A DNA stretch of 63,266 nucleotides, the filler included, from Candidatus Zhuqueibacterota bacterium (GTDB lineage: Bacteria > BS750m-G25), in assembly GCA_016783505.1 (NCBI GenBank). It is 3 parts of 3 records of this genome, joined end to end, with 100 filler letters (N's around TTAATTAATTAA, not from the genome) between each part and the next. Parts side by side here need not be neighbours in the genome. Positions count along the whole stretch, not along the records: positions 28,723 to 57,282 come from JADHWK010000031.1; positions 57,383 to 63,266 come from JADHWK010000086.1; 1 more part is not named here. One strand, written 5' to 3'. Under the pieces are notes generated by a model that had not been told where the DNA came from, did not search any database, and saw only the letters and a list, made by a program, of their open reading frames with translations. A program made the translations under genes and the position numbers. Positions 48,798 to 57,627 of this stretch are shown piece after piece. The number at the start of each line of letters is the position of its first letter. The first letter of the stretch is position 1.

Positions 48798-49092
48798 AAG
48801 AAACCCCGAATTAATATCTCAAATAGCAAACTTATTAAAAAAAGCTACTTAGACGGTTTCTGTTACTAACTTGGAATAACTTGAGTGGCTCTTCTATTCA
48901 ATTACGGGGCATAACATTTTGGTTTAAAATAAGAAATGTTTTTCTAACTGTCAAGAAAAAAATTAACTGACACAAAAAAATAAAAAAACCGCCGGATCCT
49001 TTTTGAAACCCCGACGGTTTCCTGCTGCTGAACATGTGGCAGTAAAAGAGTATTCAGTCCTACAGCTAGTTCAGACAAACGTTCTTAATCAC

Positions 49093-49851
49093 TCATCTCA
49101 CCAACAACATCTTTTTCACAGCGATAAAATTTTTGGCCTTCACCTGATAAAAGTATACCCCGCTGGGCATGGGGTTTCCCTGTTGGTCTCGTCCATCCCA
49201 GGCCACTCGGTAAAGTCCCGCTAACACATCCCCATCCACTAAGGTGACCACCTCTCGACCCAGGATGCTGTAAACCCTGAGCGTTACCAACCCCTTTCCC
49301 TTGACGTTAAATGCAATAATAGTCCTGGCGTTAAAAGGATTGGGTGAATTGGGCCACAGACGAAAATTACCCGGGCTTCCTGCATGCGGTTCAGGGACAG
49401 CACCTACCTGAGCAATGGTGGTGAAGGTAATCCCCGCCTCCTGTGTGGTATCCCCTAAGGAACGAAGTGTCATGGTCACCCTCCCCTCACCGGGAAGGCC
49501 AGAGGGATATACATGCACGGTAACCGTCTCCGTCTGGGCGGGCTGGAAGGGATAGTTCAGGGTGTTCCCGATGACGCACATTTGGCCCACACAAAAATTG
49601 GAACCCCAACCGGTGGGAAGCTCTGCTCTCTTGACGAAACGATAAGTGTCCGCTGAAGTACCCGTATTCGTCAAAAAGGATAGGAAGACGGCCTCCGAGT
49701 CGGGATGGATGACCCTGAGTGTTTCATCAGCCATGTAGCTGAAACCATAGTCCTGAACCCTATCCGGTTCCTGATGATCGGAACCGTAAGAGAATGGCAC
49801 TGTGGCAAAAGTAAATAAAATTACAAACATACAGAACCATTTAGTTTGCAT
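49093..49851 (-). CDS. Small secreted Ig-like protein with C-terminal secretion/FlgD-like domain
   Basis: Signal peptide, W..NFCVGQMC, PNSPNPFN...WDGRD...SGVYFY. Confidence 0.8.
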   Translation of the reverse strand: MQTKWFCMFVILFTFATVPFSYGSDHQEPDRVQDYGFSYMADETLRVIHPDSEAVFLSFLTNTGTSADTYRFVKRAELPTGWGSNFCVGQMCVIGNTLNYPFQPAQTETVTVHVYPSGLPGEGRVTMTLRSLGDTTQEAGITFTTIAQVGAVPEPHAGSPGNFRLWPNSPNPFNARTIIAFNVKGKGLVTLRVYSILGREVVTLVDGDVLAGLYRVAWDGRDQQGNPMPSGVYFYQVKAKNFIAVKKMLLVR

Positions 49852-50259
49852 GGATTCTCCGGTCTTATATTTAAGGCTGGGGCAGACTTGTTATGGCCGT
49901 TGGTTCCGGGGTAAGTTATTTGATAAGAAGCATCTTTCTGCTCGCTATAGACCACATGTTTGGCGATCTGATATTGGGCGAAAACAATACCCAAAGAAGT
50001 AAAGACCAACGCTAAAACCAGGACTAAGAAATTAGCCCCGTAACTTCGGGGCAACTAAAATAGTGGTCTACAGCCCGTAGGGAATGATGATATAGAAACA
50101 AGGATTGCCTAAATTTTAAAATCTTGGTAATTTTTGAAATTAAAGTGGAACGTTTTTGTTGCCAATTCTTAGAAATTCCGAGACGTCAATAGTTAATTTT
50201 TTTCTACACGTTCAAAACAAAAACATGGATTCAAAACCCGGTTTTTGGGTATTACCTGT

Positions 50260-51234
50260 TTAAATAAAATAACCCACTACTTTATCCGCCACATACCCAA
50301 GGGCGATAAGGCCACCCGTAAACAGATGAACCATAACAGTCCCGGCATTGGCGGGAACGAGACGGGTGGGTTGGGCGTAATATTTCCGGGTCATCCAAAC
50401 TGCTCTGAGGGCCATAGGAAAGGTTAAAAGACCCAGCAGGGCAAAGGGGGACACCAGCCCGAAGGCCACCCCCAAAATTAAGGAAAGGTAGGTGGCCGTC
50501 ATGATGGCAATATAGCCGATTACCCCCTTCCTAAGTCCCAACCTCACCACCCAATGAGCCTTGCCCACCGTTTTGTCCGCTTTGTAGTCGGGAAATTGGT
50601 TGATATAGAGGACCCCGGTTATCAAAAAGGCCACCGGCAGGGCGGCTACGGCCGGCTCCCAGGCTAACGCCTGGGTCTGTACGTAATATGAGCCCAGGGT
50701 CATAAGCACGCCGAAGTTTAACCCCACCGCCAGTTCCCCCAGCCCTAAGTTGGCCAGTCGGAACGGGGGGGCAGTATAAAAGAAGCTGCAGAATATCCCG
50801 ATGATCCCCAACCAGAGGACGGGCAGCCCCCGGGCCCAGGCCAGGTAGAGACCGATCAAGCTGCCAAGGGCGTAGAGGATCAGCGATTCTGCCAGCACCA
50901 CCCTGGAGGACAGAAGTCCCCGCTGGATGAGTCGGCTCCCTCCCGTGAAGGGCCTTACGTAATCCACGTTAACCCCATCACAGCCGCTCTTGTGGTCGAA
51001 GTAGTCATTGGCCACGTTGCAGCCGGCATGCAGGAACACCCCCCCGATCAGGGTAAGCAAAAAATAGAAGGGACGAAAGACCCCGGCGACCGCCCAGGCC
51101 ACCGCCGCGCCCAGGACGATGGGAACAACCGAGGCGGTGAAGAAGGGAGCCCTCAGCTCCTCAAGCAGAAACCTTACCCTGGGGGGCCTATCGGAACAGA
51201 CCGAGCTTTTTCCCTTTTTGTTGTTCTGTTTCAC
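50260..51234 (-). CDS. menA: 1,4-dihydroxy-2-naphthoate prenyltransferase (UbiA family)
   Basis: R.PF.TAS..P, NDYFD..SG.D, GGSR, FFYTAPP, NQFPD...D. Confidence 0.85.
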   Translation of the reverse strand: MKQNNKKGKSSVCSDRPPRVRFLLEELRAPFFTASVVPIVLGAAVAWAVAGVFRPFYFLLTLIGGVFLHAGCNVANDYFDHKSGCDGVNVDYVRPFTGGSRLIQRGLLSSRVVLAESLILYALGSLIGLYLAWARGLPVLWLGIIGIFCSFFYTAPPFRLANLGLGELAVGLNFGVLMTLGSYYVQTQALAWEPAVAALPVAFLITGVLYINQFPDYKADKTVGKAHWVVRLGLRKGVIGYIAIMTATYLSLILGVAFGLVSPFALLGLLTFPMALRAVWMTRKYYAQPTRLVPANAGTVMVHLFTGGLIALGYVADKVVGYFI

Positions 51235-51253
51235 CTAAAACACTCTTTTATCA

Positions 51254-51278
51254 AAAAGGCGGGACCGGGCCCCGCCTG
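51254..51278 (-). terminator. Intrinsic terminator after ssb
   Basis: aggcggg-N-cccgcct stem followed by TTTTT on the minus strand. Confidence 0.6.
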
Positions 51279-51319
51279 AATGAAAACTCAACCAACTTAC
51301 TACAACCTTCCCTACCCAT

Positions 51320-51733
51320 TCAGAAGGGCAGATCCTCTTCCCCGGGTGCTTCTCCCTCAGCATCCGCCTCGGGTTCTTCGGGGACCTCTTTGGCCTCCTC
51401 CCGGCGTCCCAGCATCTGCATCTGGTCGGCGTGCACCTCGGTGGTATACCGCTTGACCCCGTCCTGGGTCTCCCAGGAGCGGGTGCGCAGCCGCCCCTCG
51501 ATGTAAACCTGCCTTCCCTTCTTCAGGTATTCACCGGCGATCTCGGCCAGCTTCCGCCACAGTACGATGTTGTGCCACTCGGTGTGGTCCTGCGGGTTCC
51601 CGTCTTTGTCCTTCCATCTCTCGGTGGTGGCCAGGGTGAACTTCGTCACCGCCACCCCCGAGGGGGTAAACTTCAGCTCCGGGTCCCGGCCCAGATGTCC
51701 AATCAAGATAACTTTGTTTACACCCCTTGCCAT
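51320..51733 (-). CDS. ssb: Single-stranded DNA-binding protein
   Basis: [28 protein letters not shown]-terminal DLPF. Confidence 0.97.
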   Translation of the reverse strand: MARGVNKVILIGHLGRDPELKFTPSGVAVTKFTLATTERWKDKDGNPQDHTEWHNIVLWRKLAEIAGEYLKKGRQVYIEGRLRTRSWETQDGVKRYTTEVHADQMQMLGRREEAKEVPEEPEADAEGEAPGEEDLPF

Positions 51734-51760
51734 TTATACCACCTCCTCTCTTTTTTACAG

Positions 51761-51789
51761 AGTATACGAAATAATAGAAAAAAAGTCAA
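51761..51789 (-). promoter_or_regulatory. sigma70 promoter of ssb
   Basis: TTGACT-N17-TATACT, followed by a GGAGG RBS. Confidence 0.7.
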
Positions 51790-51821
51790 GATAAAAATGA
51801 ATTTTCGAAAAATATTTTCAT

Positions 51822-52835
51822 TTAATCGGGAATTACCAGAACCCCCGCCCCGTTGACCTGGCCCCCTTTGAGGAGTTGAAGGACGCGGTTGGCCTCCCTT
51901 AGGGGAAAGGTCTGGGTCTGGGTGCGAACCGGGATCTGGGCGGCCACCCCTAAAAGCTCCCCACCGTCCTTTCGGGTGCTGGCGGTGACGCTCCGTACAG
52001 TCTTCTCGTAATAAAGATGTTTGGTATAATCCATTCCAGGAATATCCGACATATAGATCCCCGCCAACGCCAGGGTACCCCCTTTATCCAATACTCGGAG
52101 GGCATCCAGAACCAGCGGTCCAGCCGGGGCGAAGATGATGGCACTGTCCAGCTTGCGGGGCGGCTTATCTGTGGCCTGACCTGTCCAGGCAGCCCCCAAT
52201 TCTTCGGCTAGTTTCCGATGTTCTTTGCTTCGGGAAAAAACATAAACCTCACACCCCCAGTGTCGGGCCACCTGGATTGCGATGTGGGCCGAGGCCCCAA
52301 ATCCGTAAAGACCCAACCGACCCCCGGGTTGGGTTTCACTTAGCCGCAGGGCCCGATAGCCGATGATCCCCGCACACATCAAGGGGGCGGCCTCGACGTC
52401 GGAAAATTGATCCGGAATGGGATAGGCGAAGGCCTCAGGGACCAGAGTGTATTGGGCGTAGCCCCCGTTGACATGGTAGCCCGTAAAGCGGGCCCCTTCA
52501 CAGAGGTTTTCATGGTCCTTCGAACAATAAGAACACCTTCCGCAGGTGGAATGAAGCCAGGCCATGCCCACCCGGTCCCCTACTTTGAAGCGTGACGCTC
52601 CCTCCCCGAGCGTTTCCACTACTCCTATCACTTCGTGCCCGGGGACGATGGGCAATTTGGGCAGGGGGAGCTCGCCCTCCACCGTGTGCAGGTCCGTGTG
52701 ACAGACCCCGCAGACCCGCACCCGAACCAAAATTTCCCCGGGTCCGGGTTCCGGGATGGTGATGTCAGCCGGTTCCAAGGGGTTATCGTCTACACCCTTG
52801 GGACTATTCAAGATCATGGATTGCATCATCTGCAT
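51822..52835 (-). CDS. Zinc-dependent alcohol dehydrogenase (AdhP-like)
   Basis: CGVCHTD, GHE, CGRC..C......NLC, GLYGFG; start chosen after the GGTGA RBS. Confidence 0.93.
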   Translation of the reverse strand: MQMMQSMILNSPKGVDDNPLEPADITIPEPGPGEILVRVRVCGVCHTDLHTVEGELPLPKLPIVPGHEVIGVVETLGEGASRFKVGDRVGMAWLHSTCGRCSYCSKDHENLCEGARFTGYHVNGGYAQYTLVPEAFAYPIPDQFSDVEAAPLMCAGIIGYRALRLSETQPGGRLGLYGFGASAHIAIQVARHWGCEVYVFSRSKEHRKLAEELGAAWTGQATDKPPRKLDSAIIFAPAGPLVLDALRVLDKGGTLALAGIYMSDIPGMDYTKHLYYEKTVRSVTASTRKDGGELLGVAAQIPVRTQTQTFPLREANRVLQLLKGGQVNGAGVLVIPD

Positions 52836-52870
52836 CAAATCACCGATTACGAAAACCACTTTTATCCATT

Positions 52871-53291
52871 TTATTTCTCCATACGGGGATCGATCCTTTC
52901 AATCCCCTCGATAGCGTCAAAATACCTGTCCGTGGAATAGATTTCTGTTATATAATGATTCATCATTACCCCAGCATGCACAGCATCCCTGGGCTGGACA
53001 ATTGGATATTTATTGAGAATGTCAACCGCTACATCCCAGATCTTCTCGGGAAACAGGTAGGATGTTTTGCATTAGATCCACTATCCGGTTGTATGTAATC
53101 ATCCCTCGTTCTGCTTTTCCCTGTTTCCAGAAGCGATACAGAACTTCTTGCAACACCTCGGTGTCTGTAACCACATCGATATCCTGTCTGGCTATTTTCT
53201 CAATTAATAAAGCACACACTCTCTTCATGGGATGGGCAGTGCCTACAGCATATATAAAGATATTGGTGTCAACGAACTTTGTTGCCATCAT
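52871..53291 (-). pseudogene. vapC: VapC (PIN) toxin, frameshifted
   Basis: FVDTNIFIY...TEVLQE; removing one G at about 53035 restores DVAVDIL..YP..QPRDAVHAG...YSTDRYFD. Confidence 0.85.
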
Positions 53292-53535
53292 TAACCCAAC
53301 GTTCTTGAACTTCCGCTTCCATTACCTCCCAATCATCCACTTCCAAATCATTTTGTTTCGTTAACGCTTGGGCAGCCTGAATTCGACGTTGCTGGGAAAT
53401 AGATGGATAGGCCTTCTCCAGGGCACGCCTTACCAACTCTCCGACCGAAGTTTTCCCCTGTTTTGCTAAAGATTTAAGGCGCTCATATTCTTTGGGATCA
53501 AATAGAATCTGTGCCCGTTTAGTTAAGGTGGACAT
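53269..53535 (-). CDS. CopG/RHH antitoxin (VapB-like)
   Basis: KRAQILF...SVGELVRRAL; overlaps the vapC start. Confidence 0.8.
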   Translation of the reverse strand: MSTLTKRAQILFDPKEYERLKSLAKQGKTSVGELVRRALEKAYPSISQQRRIQAAQALTKQNDLEVDDWEVMEAEVQERWVNDGNKVR

Positions 53536-53641
53536 TTTTCACTACTCATTTCTAAACATGTTGGTGTGTATAATTTAATAAAGAAGGGTTTAGAAGTCAA
53601 GAAAAATCAAGGTCTTTCGTCTTTTTTGTTCTCGGCTGTAA

Positions 53642-53680
53642 TTATGTTTTCCTTTCCTTCTTCTTCGCCGCCGGGAAAAC
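53642..53680 (-). repeat. Duplicate of the 3' end of the gene at 54712-55980
   Basis: Encodes FPAAKKKERKT*, identical in protein but with synonymous codon differences. Confidence 0.9.
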
Positions 53681-53825
53681 TAAGTTTGAATAATACATAA
53701 AGAAAAACCATTGAAGAGATTCTGGAAAAACCTTGAGTTTCTTGGATTAATTCCCTCTTGGACCCTTCCTCTACCTCAAAATCCATAGATGTTTAATCTC
53801 GACTACACTAGCCAATAATAATATC

Positions 53826-54698
53826 TTAACGGGATCTAATGCCCTCCCAAATACCATTGGCTCGTAAACCAATATAAGGGGGTGGGTAAACCGGGCCGCT
53901 CCCGCTTCCTTTTGTGTGCCATTTACCCAAAACAGAATCAGAGACACCTTCAAGATACCCAGTAAAATAGAAAAGCGTATTATTGTAATGTCCAAGCGTA
54001 TCTTTTATTGTAAATGGAAAGTAGATGATGACTGAATCTCCGAATAGGATTTTCCCCTCCGCCGGCATATTTAAAGCGAAAGTATCTCTTTCCCACAAAA
54101 AGGAGGCATTACCGCCCATCATAATTGAATCTCCCCATTCTATTTCAGTAAATGCAATGGAAAGTGGGGCATCCTCAATATGTGTAGTATCAGAATAGCC
54201 CAGACTATCGTAAATAATCTTTCCATCTGCTTCCCCCTCCCAAATTGTTTTCTCGCCTCTTTTCAAAAAATAATTACCCCCGCTACCAGTAGTACCAAAA
54301 GCAAAAGTTCCTTCGATCCTATCATCGGACAGAGTTCCAACACAGACAATAGAGTCTTCTTCTTGAAAGATTATTAGATTGAAATCTATTCCGTTCTCTG
54401 AAGCACCCGAGACCTGGCTAACTTCATATACTGGAGTATCAAAAAACCCGAAGTAAAAGATGGTCGCTGTGCCGGAGATTGTTTTACCTTGACCCACCAA
54501 ATCGGCCCAAACTCTTCCAGTGAAAAGAGTATCAGATGGAGAATTTAATTGTGCCCAAAATCCCATCCAATTTCCAGTAAATTCATTTTCTTCATTACCA
54601 ATTGTGGGTTGGTCTTTTGTGCATCCTAAAGTAAGAACAATAACGAATACTATACCCAATAAACCTATGTTTTTATGTTTATATATCCCTGACTCCAT
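53826..54698 (-). CDS. Hypothetical beta-rich lipoprotein
   Basis: Lipobox LTLGC; AT-rich; lies between the duplicated gene ends. Confidence 0.75.
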   Translation of the reverse strand: MESGIYKHKNIGLLGIVFVIVLTLGCTKDQPTIGNEENEFTGNWMGFWAQLNSPSDTLFTGRVWADLVGQGKTISGTATIFYFGFFDTPVYEVSQVSGASENGIDFNLIIFQEEDSIVCVGTLSDDRIEGTFAFGTTGSGGNYFLKRGEKTIWEGEADGKIIYDSLGYSDTTHIEDAPLSIAFTEIEWGDSIMMGGNASFLWERDTFALNMPAEGKILFGDSVIIYFPFTIKDTLGHYNNTLFYFTGYLEGVSDSVLGKWHTKGSGSGPVYPPPYIGLRANGIWEGIRSR

Positions 54699-54711
54699 TC
54701 AGTCCTCTCAC

Positions 54712-55980
54712 TTAAGTTTTTCTCTCTTTCTTCTTCGCCGCCGGAAACAGGACGTTATTGAGAATTAACCGATACCCAGGTGAATTTTTGTGCAACGAGA
54801 GTTCGGTGGGTGGGTCGCCGATGAGGTGTCGGTAGTCCTCGGGGTCATGGCCGCCGTAGAAGGTGAAGGTGCCCTTTCCGTAGTTGCCGTGGATGTATTT
54901 CACCTCATCGGTCCCTTCCACTTCTCCCAGAATAATAACCGATTTTTTTACCCGATTCTTGTGGAACCCGGTGGTCTGACCCATAAACCCCTTGATGACC
55001 GAAGTATGATCCTGGGTTAGCATGGTGGGCACAGGGTCGTATTTGGCGGCGAAGTCGAATAAGACGAAATAATCGTTGGCCTCACCCCGGCGGGGGATAC
55101 CGGAAAGGGGGGTAGTGTCAATGTCTGAGAATTCGTAAACAAGGGGATTCATCTCTAAGATAAAATTTTCAAACACGAGGGTTTTGGAATAGTCCAGCTT
55201 TTGTTGGCAGTCGGGATCGGCGGGATCACCATCGAACACCTCAGGGGCAATATCTGCCTTCTCCGCTGCCAAGGCAATGTCAATGGTGTCGGTGGCCGAG
55301 CACATGGCGAACATAAACCCACCGCCAGCCACGTATTCCTTGATCTTGCGGGCTACTGCCTTTTTTAACTCGGATACCTTCCGAAAACCCAGCCGCCGAG
55401 CCTCCTCTTCAAAGAGAATCTGCTGTTCTATATACCAGGGGGCGTTGTGAAAGCTGGCATAGAACCTACCATATTGACCGGTAAAATCCTCGTGGTGAAG
55501 ATGGAGCCAGTCGTATTCGAGCAGCTCCCCGCGCAGAACCTCCTCATCCCACAGGGTCTTATAAGGGATTTCGGCGTAAGTCAAAGCCAGGGTTACGGCA
55601 TCGTCCCAGGGTTGAAAATTAGGGGGGGCGTAGATGGCAATCTTGGGGGGCTTCTCCAAAAGGACCACCTCCATGTTGTTCTCCTCAATGGTGGCATAGA
55701 TCTGGCTGACCTGGGCCCCATCCAAAACTACAAAGGCCACCCCCCGCAGCCGGCACTGCCGCTCGATGGAGGGATAATCGTCCAGCAGAAAAGACCCGCC
55801 CCGGTAGTTCAACAGCCATTCCACATCTATCCCCTGCTCCAGCACCCAGTAGGCGACCCCGTAGGCTTTGAGATGATCGGTTTGATTTAGATCCATAAAA
55901 ATCAATATCTTCTGGGAGAGCAGGGATTGGAATAAAACCAGCACTAGAAATAGACTAAAGAACAGACGTTTGAAGTTCAT
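54712..55980 (-). CDS. Conserved exported protein with a class I glutamine-amidotransferase-like domain
   Basis: HLKAYG, WLLNYRGGSF, PWDDAVT, WLHLHHEDFTGQYG, FAMCSATD, GGHDPEDY; from recollection a family conserved in FCB bacteria, function unknown. Confidence 0.75.
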   Translation of the reverse strand: MNFKRLFFSLFLVLVLFQSLLSQKILIFMDLNQTDHLKAYGVAYWVLEQGIDVEWLLNYRGGSFLLDDYPSIERQCRLRGVAFVVLDGAQVSQIYATIEENNMEVVLLEKPPKIAIYAPPNFQPWDDAVTLALTYAEIPYKTLWDEEVLRGELLEYDWLHLHHEDFTGQYGRFYASFHNAPWYIEQQILFEEEARRLGFRKVSELKKAVARKIKEYVAGGGFMFAMCSATDTIDIALAAEKADIAPEVFDGDPADPDCQQKLDYSKTLVFENFILEMNPLVYEFSDIDTTPLSGIPRRGEANDYFVLFDFAAKYDPVPTMLTQDHTSVIKGFMGQTTGFHKNRVKKSVIILGEVEGTDEVKYIHGNYGKGTFTFYGGHDPEDYRHLIGDPPTELSLHKNSPGYRLILNNVLFPAAKKKERKT

Positions 55981-56163
55981 TTTTTTATCCTACGATCTGG
56001 TGTTTTGTAACCGCGAAAGCTCCTTAACGCGAAAATTCGATCTGAGAACACCCTCCACTTGTGTTTTGCGCTTTTCTCTAATGTTAGCGGTTACCAATCA
56101 ATCCGTATTACCACATTGCTTCAATCCCGAAATTTCGGGAAAGCAATCCAAAATTCTCTTCTC

Positions 56164-57282
56164 TTAGGGTTCAGGTTTTTTAATCGGGATTATCATTGCC
56201 TCCAATTCTCTTAGCCTGGTCCGGGCTCGCTCGGCGTACAGACTCCGGGGATATTCAATAAGCAACCGTTCATATTCCCGGCAGGCGGATAAGGTATCCT
56301 TCAGCCCTTGTTCGTAAATAAGTGCAATGGCTAACTGGGCCTCTTCCGAAAATCGTCCTTCCGGAAAAGCGGCAAGCTCTCCTCGATAGCTCTCAATGGC
56401 GTTACCGAACTGTCCGTTGAGGGCGTATACCTCCCCCAGTCTCAAAAGGGCCGACTCCCGGAGCGGGGATGAACCCTGGGCAATTTGATGAAAGAGACCG
56501 ATGGCCTCCTCATATCGCCGCGCCCTAACCAACAGCTCCCCCCGGGCAAAATCCTTCAATCCCCCCTCTGACTGAAATTCCCGAATAAAAAATAACAAAT
56601 TCAGGGCATCGTTGGTCATGTCCCCATTCATGTTTTCGGCGGATAATTTTTCCAGACTTTTTTTAGCCTCCTCAAAATCCTCCCGCAGGTAGCAGACCTC
56701 GGCCAACTTGAACCGGGCTATGGAAACCTGGGTACGGTCCCTCTTTACCCTTTGGGCAAGCACCTGTTTATATTTCTCCTCGGCCCCTTTTAGGTCCCCC
56801 TGGGCCACCCGGCAGTCCCCGAGGCGAAGAAGAGCCCTGGTTCTCTGGGGTCCGGAACGCAAAACTTGGGTAGCTTGGCCGAACGCCTCCTCGGCACCTT
56901 TCAGCTCGAAAAATTGTTCAAAACGTATATCCCCAATCCGTATCCATCCCTCGGCTGTCTCCGGGGAACGGGGGGAGCTTTCCGTCAACCCCTGATATTG
57001 TAAAATGGCCCCGGAAAAATCAGCCAACCCCTCCAGGGCCTCTCCTAACCCCAGGACAACCTTGGAAAAGTTAGGGGAGTCAGGATAGTTTTGTAACAGG
57101 TATTGAAAGGCCTCTTTGGCCAGGGCAAATTCCCCCTCTTTAAGCAGGGATTGGGCGCACTTGAACAGGGAAAGCCCCCTGGTATGTTCCATCACATCCA
57201 GCTTTCTGTATTCATCAAAGGCCCGCTGGTAGTCCCGGTTCTTGAAGGCAAAACCGGCCAGAAGCCTACGCACCGCCGGATC
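56164..57282 (-). CDS. TPR-repeat protein, 5' end cut by the contig break
   Basis: Repeated A...Y..L...YP.S TPR pattern. Confidence 0.85.
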   Translation of the reverse strand, partial: DPAVRRLLAGFAFKNRDYQRAFDEYRKLDVMEHTRGLSLFKCAQSLLKEGEFALAKEAFQYLLQNYPDSPNFSKVVLGLGEALEGLADFSGAILQYQGLTESSPRSPETAEGWIRIGDIRFEQFFELKGAEEAFGQATQVLRSGPQRTRALLRLGDCRVAQGDLKGAEEKYKQVLAQRVKRDRTQVSIARFKLAEVCYLREDFEEAKKSLEKLSAENMNGDMTNDALNLLFFIREFQSEGGLKDFARGELLVRARRYEEAIGLFHQIAQGSSPLRESALLRLGEVYALNGQFGNAIESYRGELAAFPEGRFSEEAQLAIALIYEQGLKDTLSACREYERLLIEYPRSLYAERARTRLRELEAMIIPIKKPEP

Positions 57283-57382
57283 NNNNNNNNNNNNNNNNNN
57301 NNNNNNNNNNNNNNNNNNNNNNNNNNTTAATTAATTAANNNNNNNNNNNNNNNNNNNNNNNNNNNNNNNNNNNNNNNNNNNN
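57283..57382. other. Artificial contig linker
   Basis: N44-TTAATTAATTAA-N44. Confidence 0.99.
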
Positions 57383-57627
57383 ACTACAACGACTCTGGCC
57401 AGTGGATAATTCCCAAAATTTTTGACTGCCGCAGTAAGGACATTTTTTCATAGCTGAAAAATAACTATTTTTCAGCTAGTTATCAATACCTTTTAGTGTA
57501 ATTTTGATGGGCCATTACCATCTTTTTTATTCCCCTCCCTTCAGTCGGGCCCCTAACTGACCTGAATGACCTGGAGGAAGCAAAATTTTTTGCTATACTT
57601 TAGAAAGAGAACAAAGGAGGTCAAAAT

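Noticed and set aside
49821-50054. 77-aa ORF with a signal-peptide-like stretch
   Set aside because: Starts inside a REP hairpin and overlaps the next gene; at best a remnant of a secreted-protein gene
54712-55980. Calling this gene asnB
   Set aside because: No N-terminal catalytic Cys or SGGLDS motif, and it has a signal peptide
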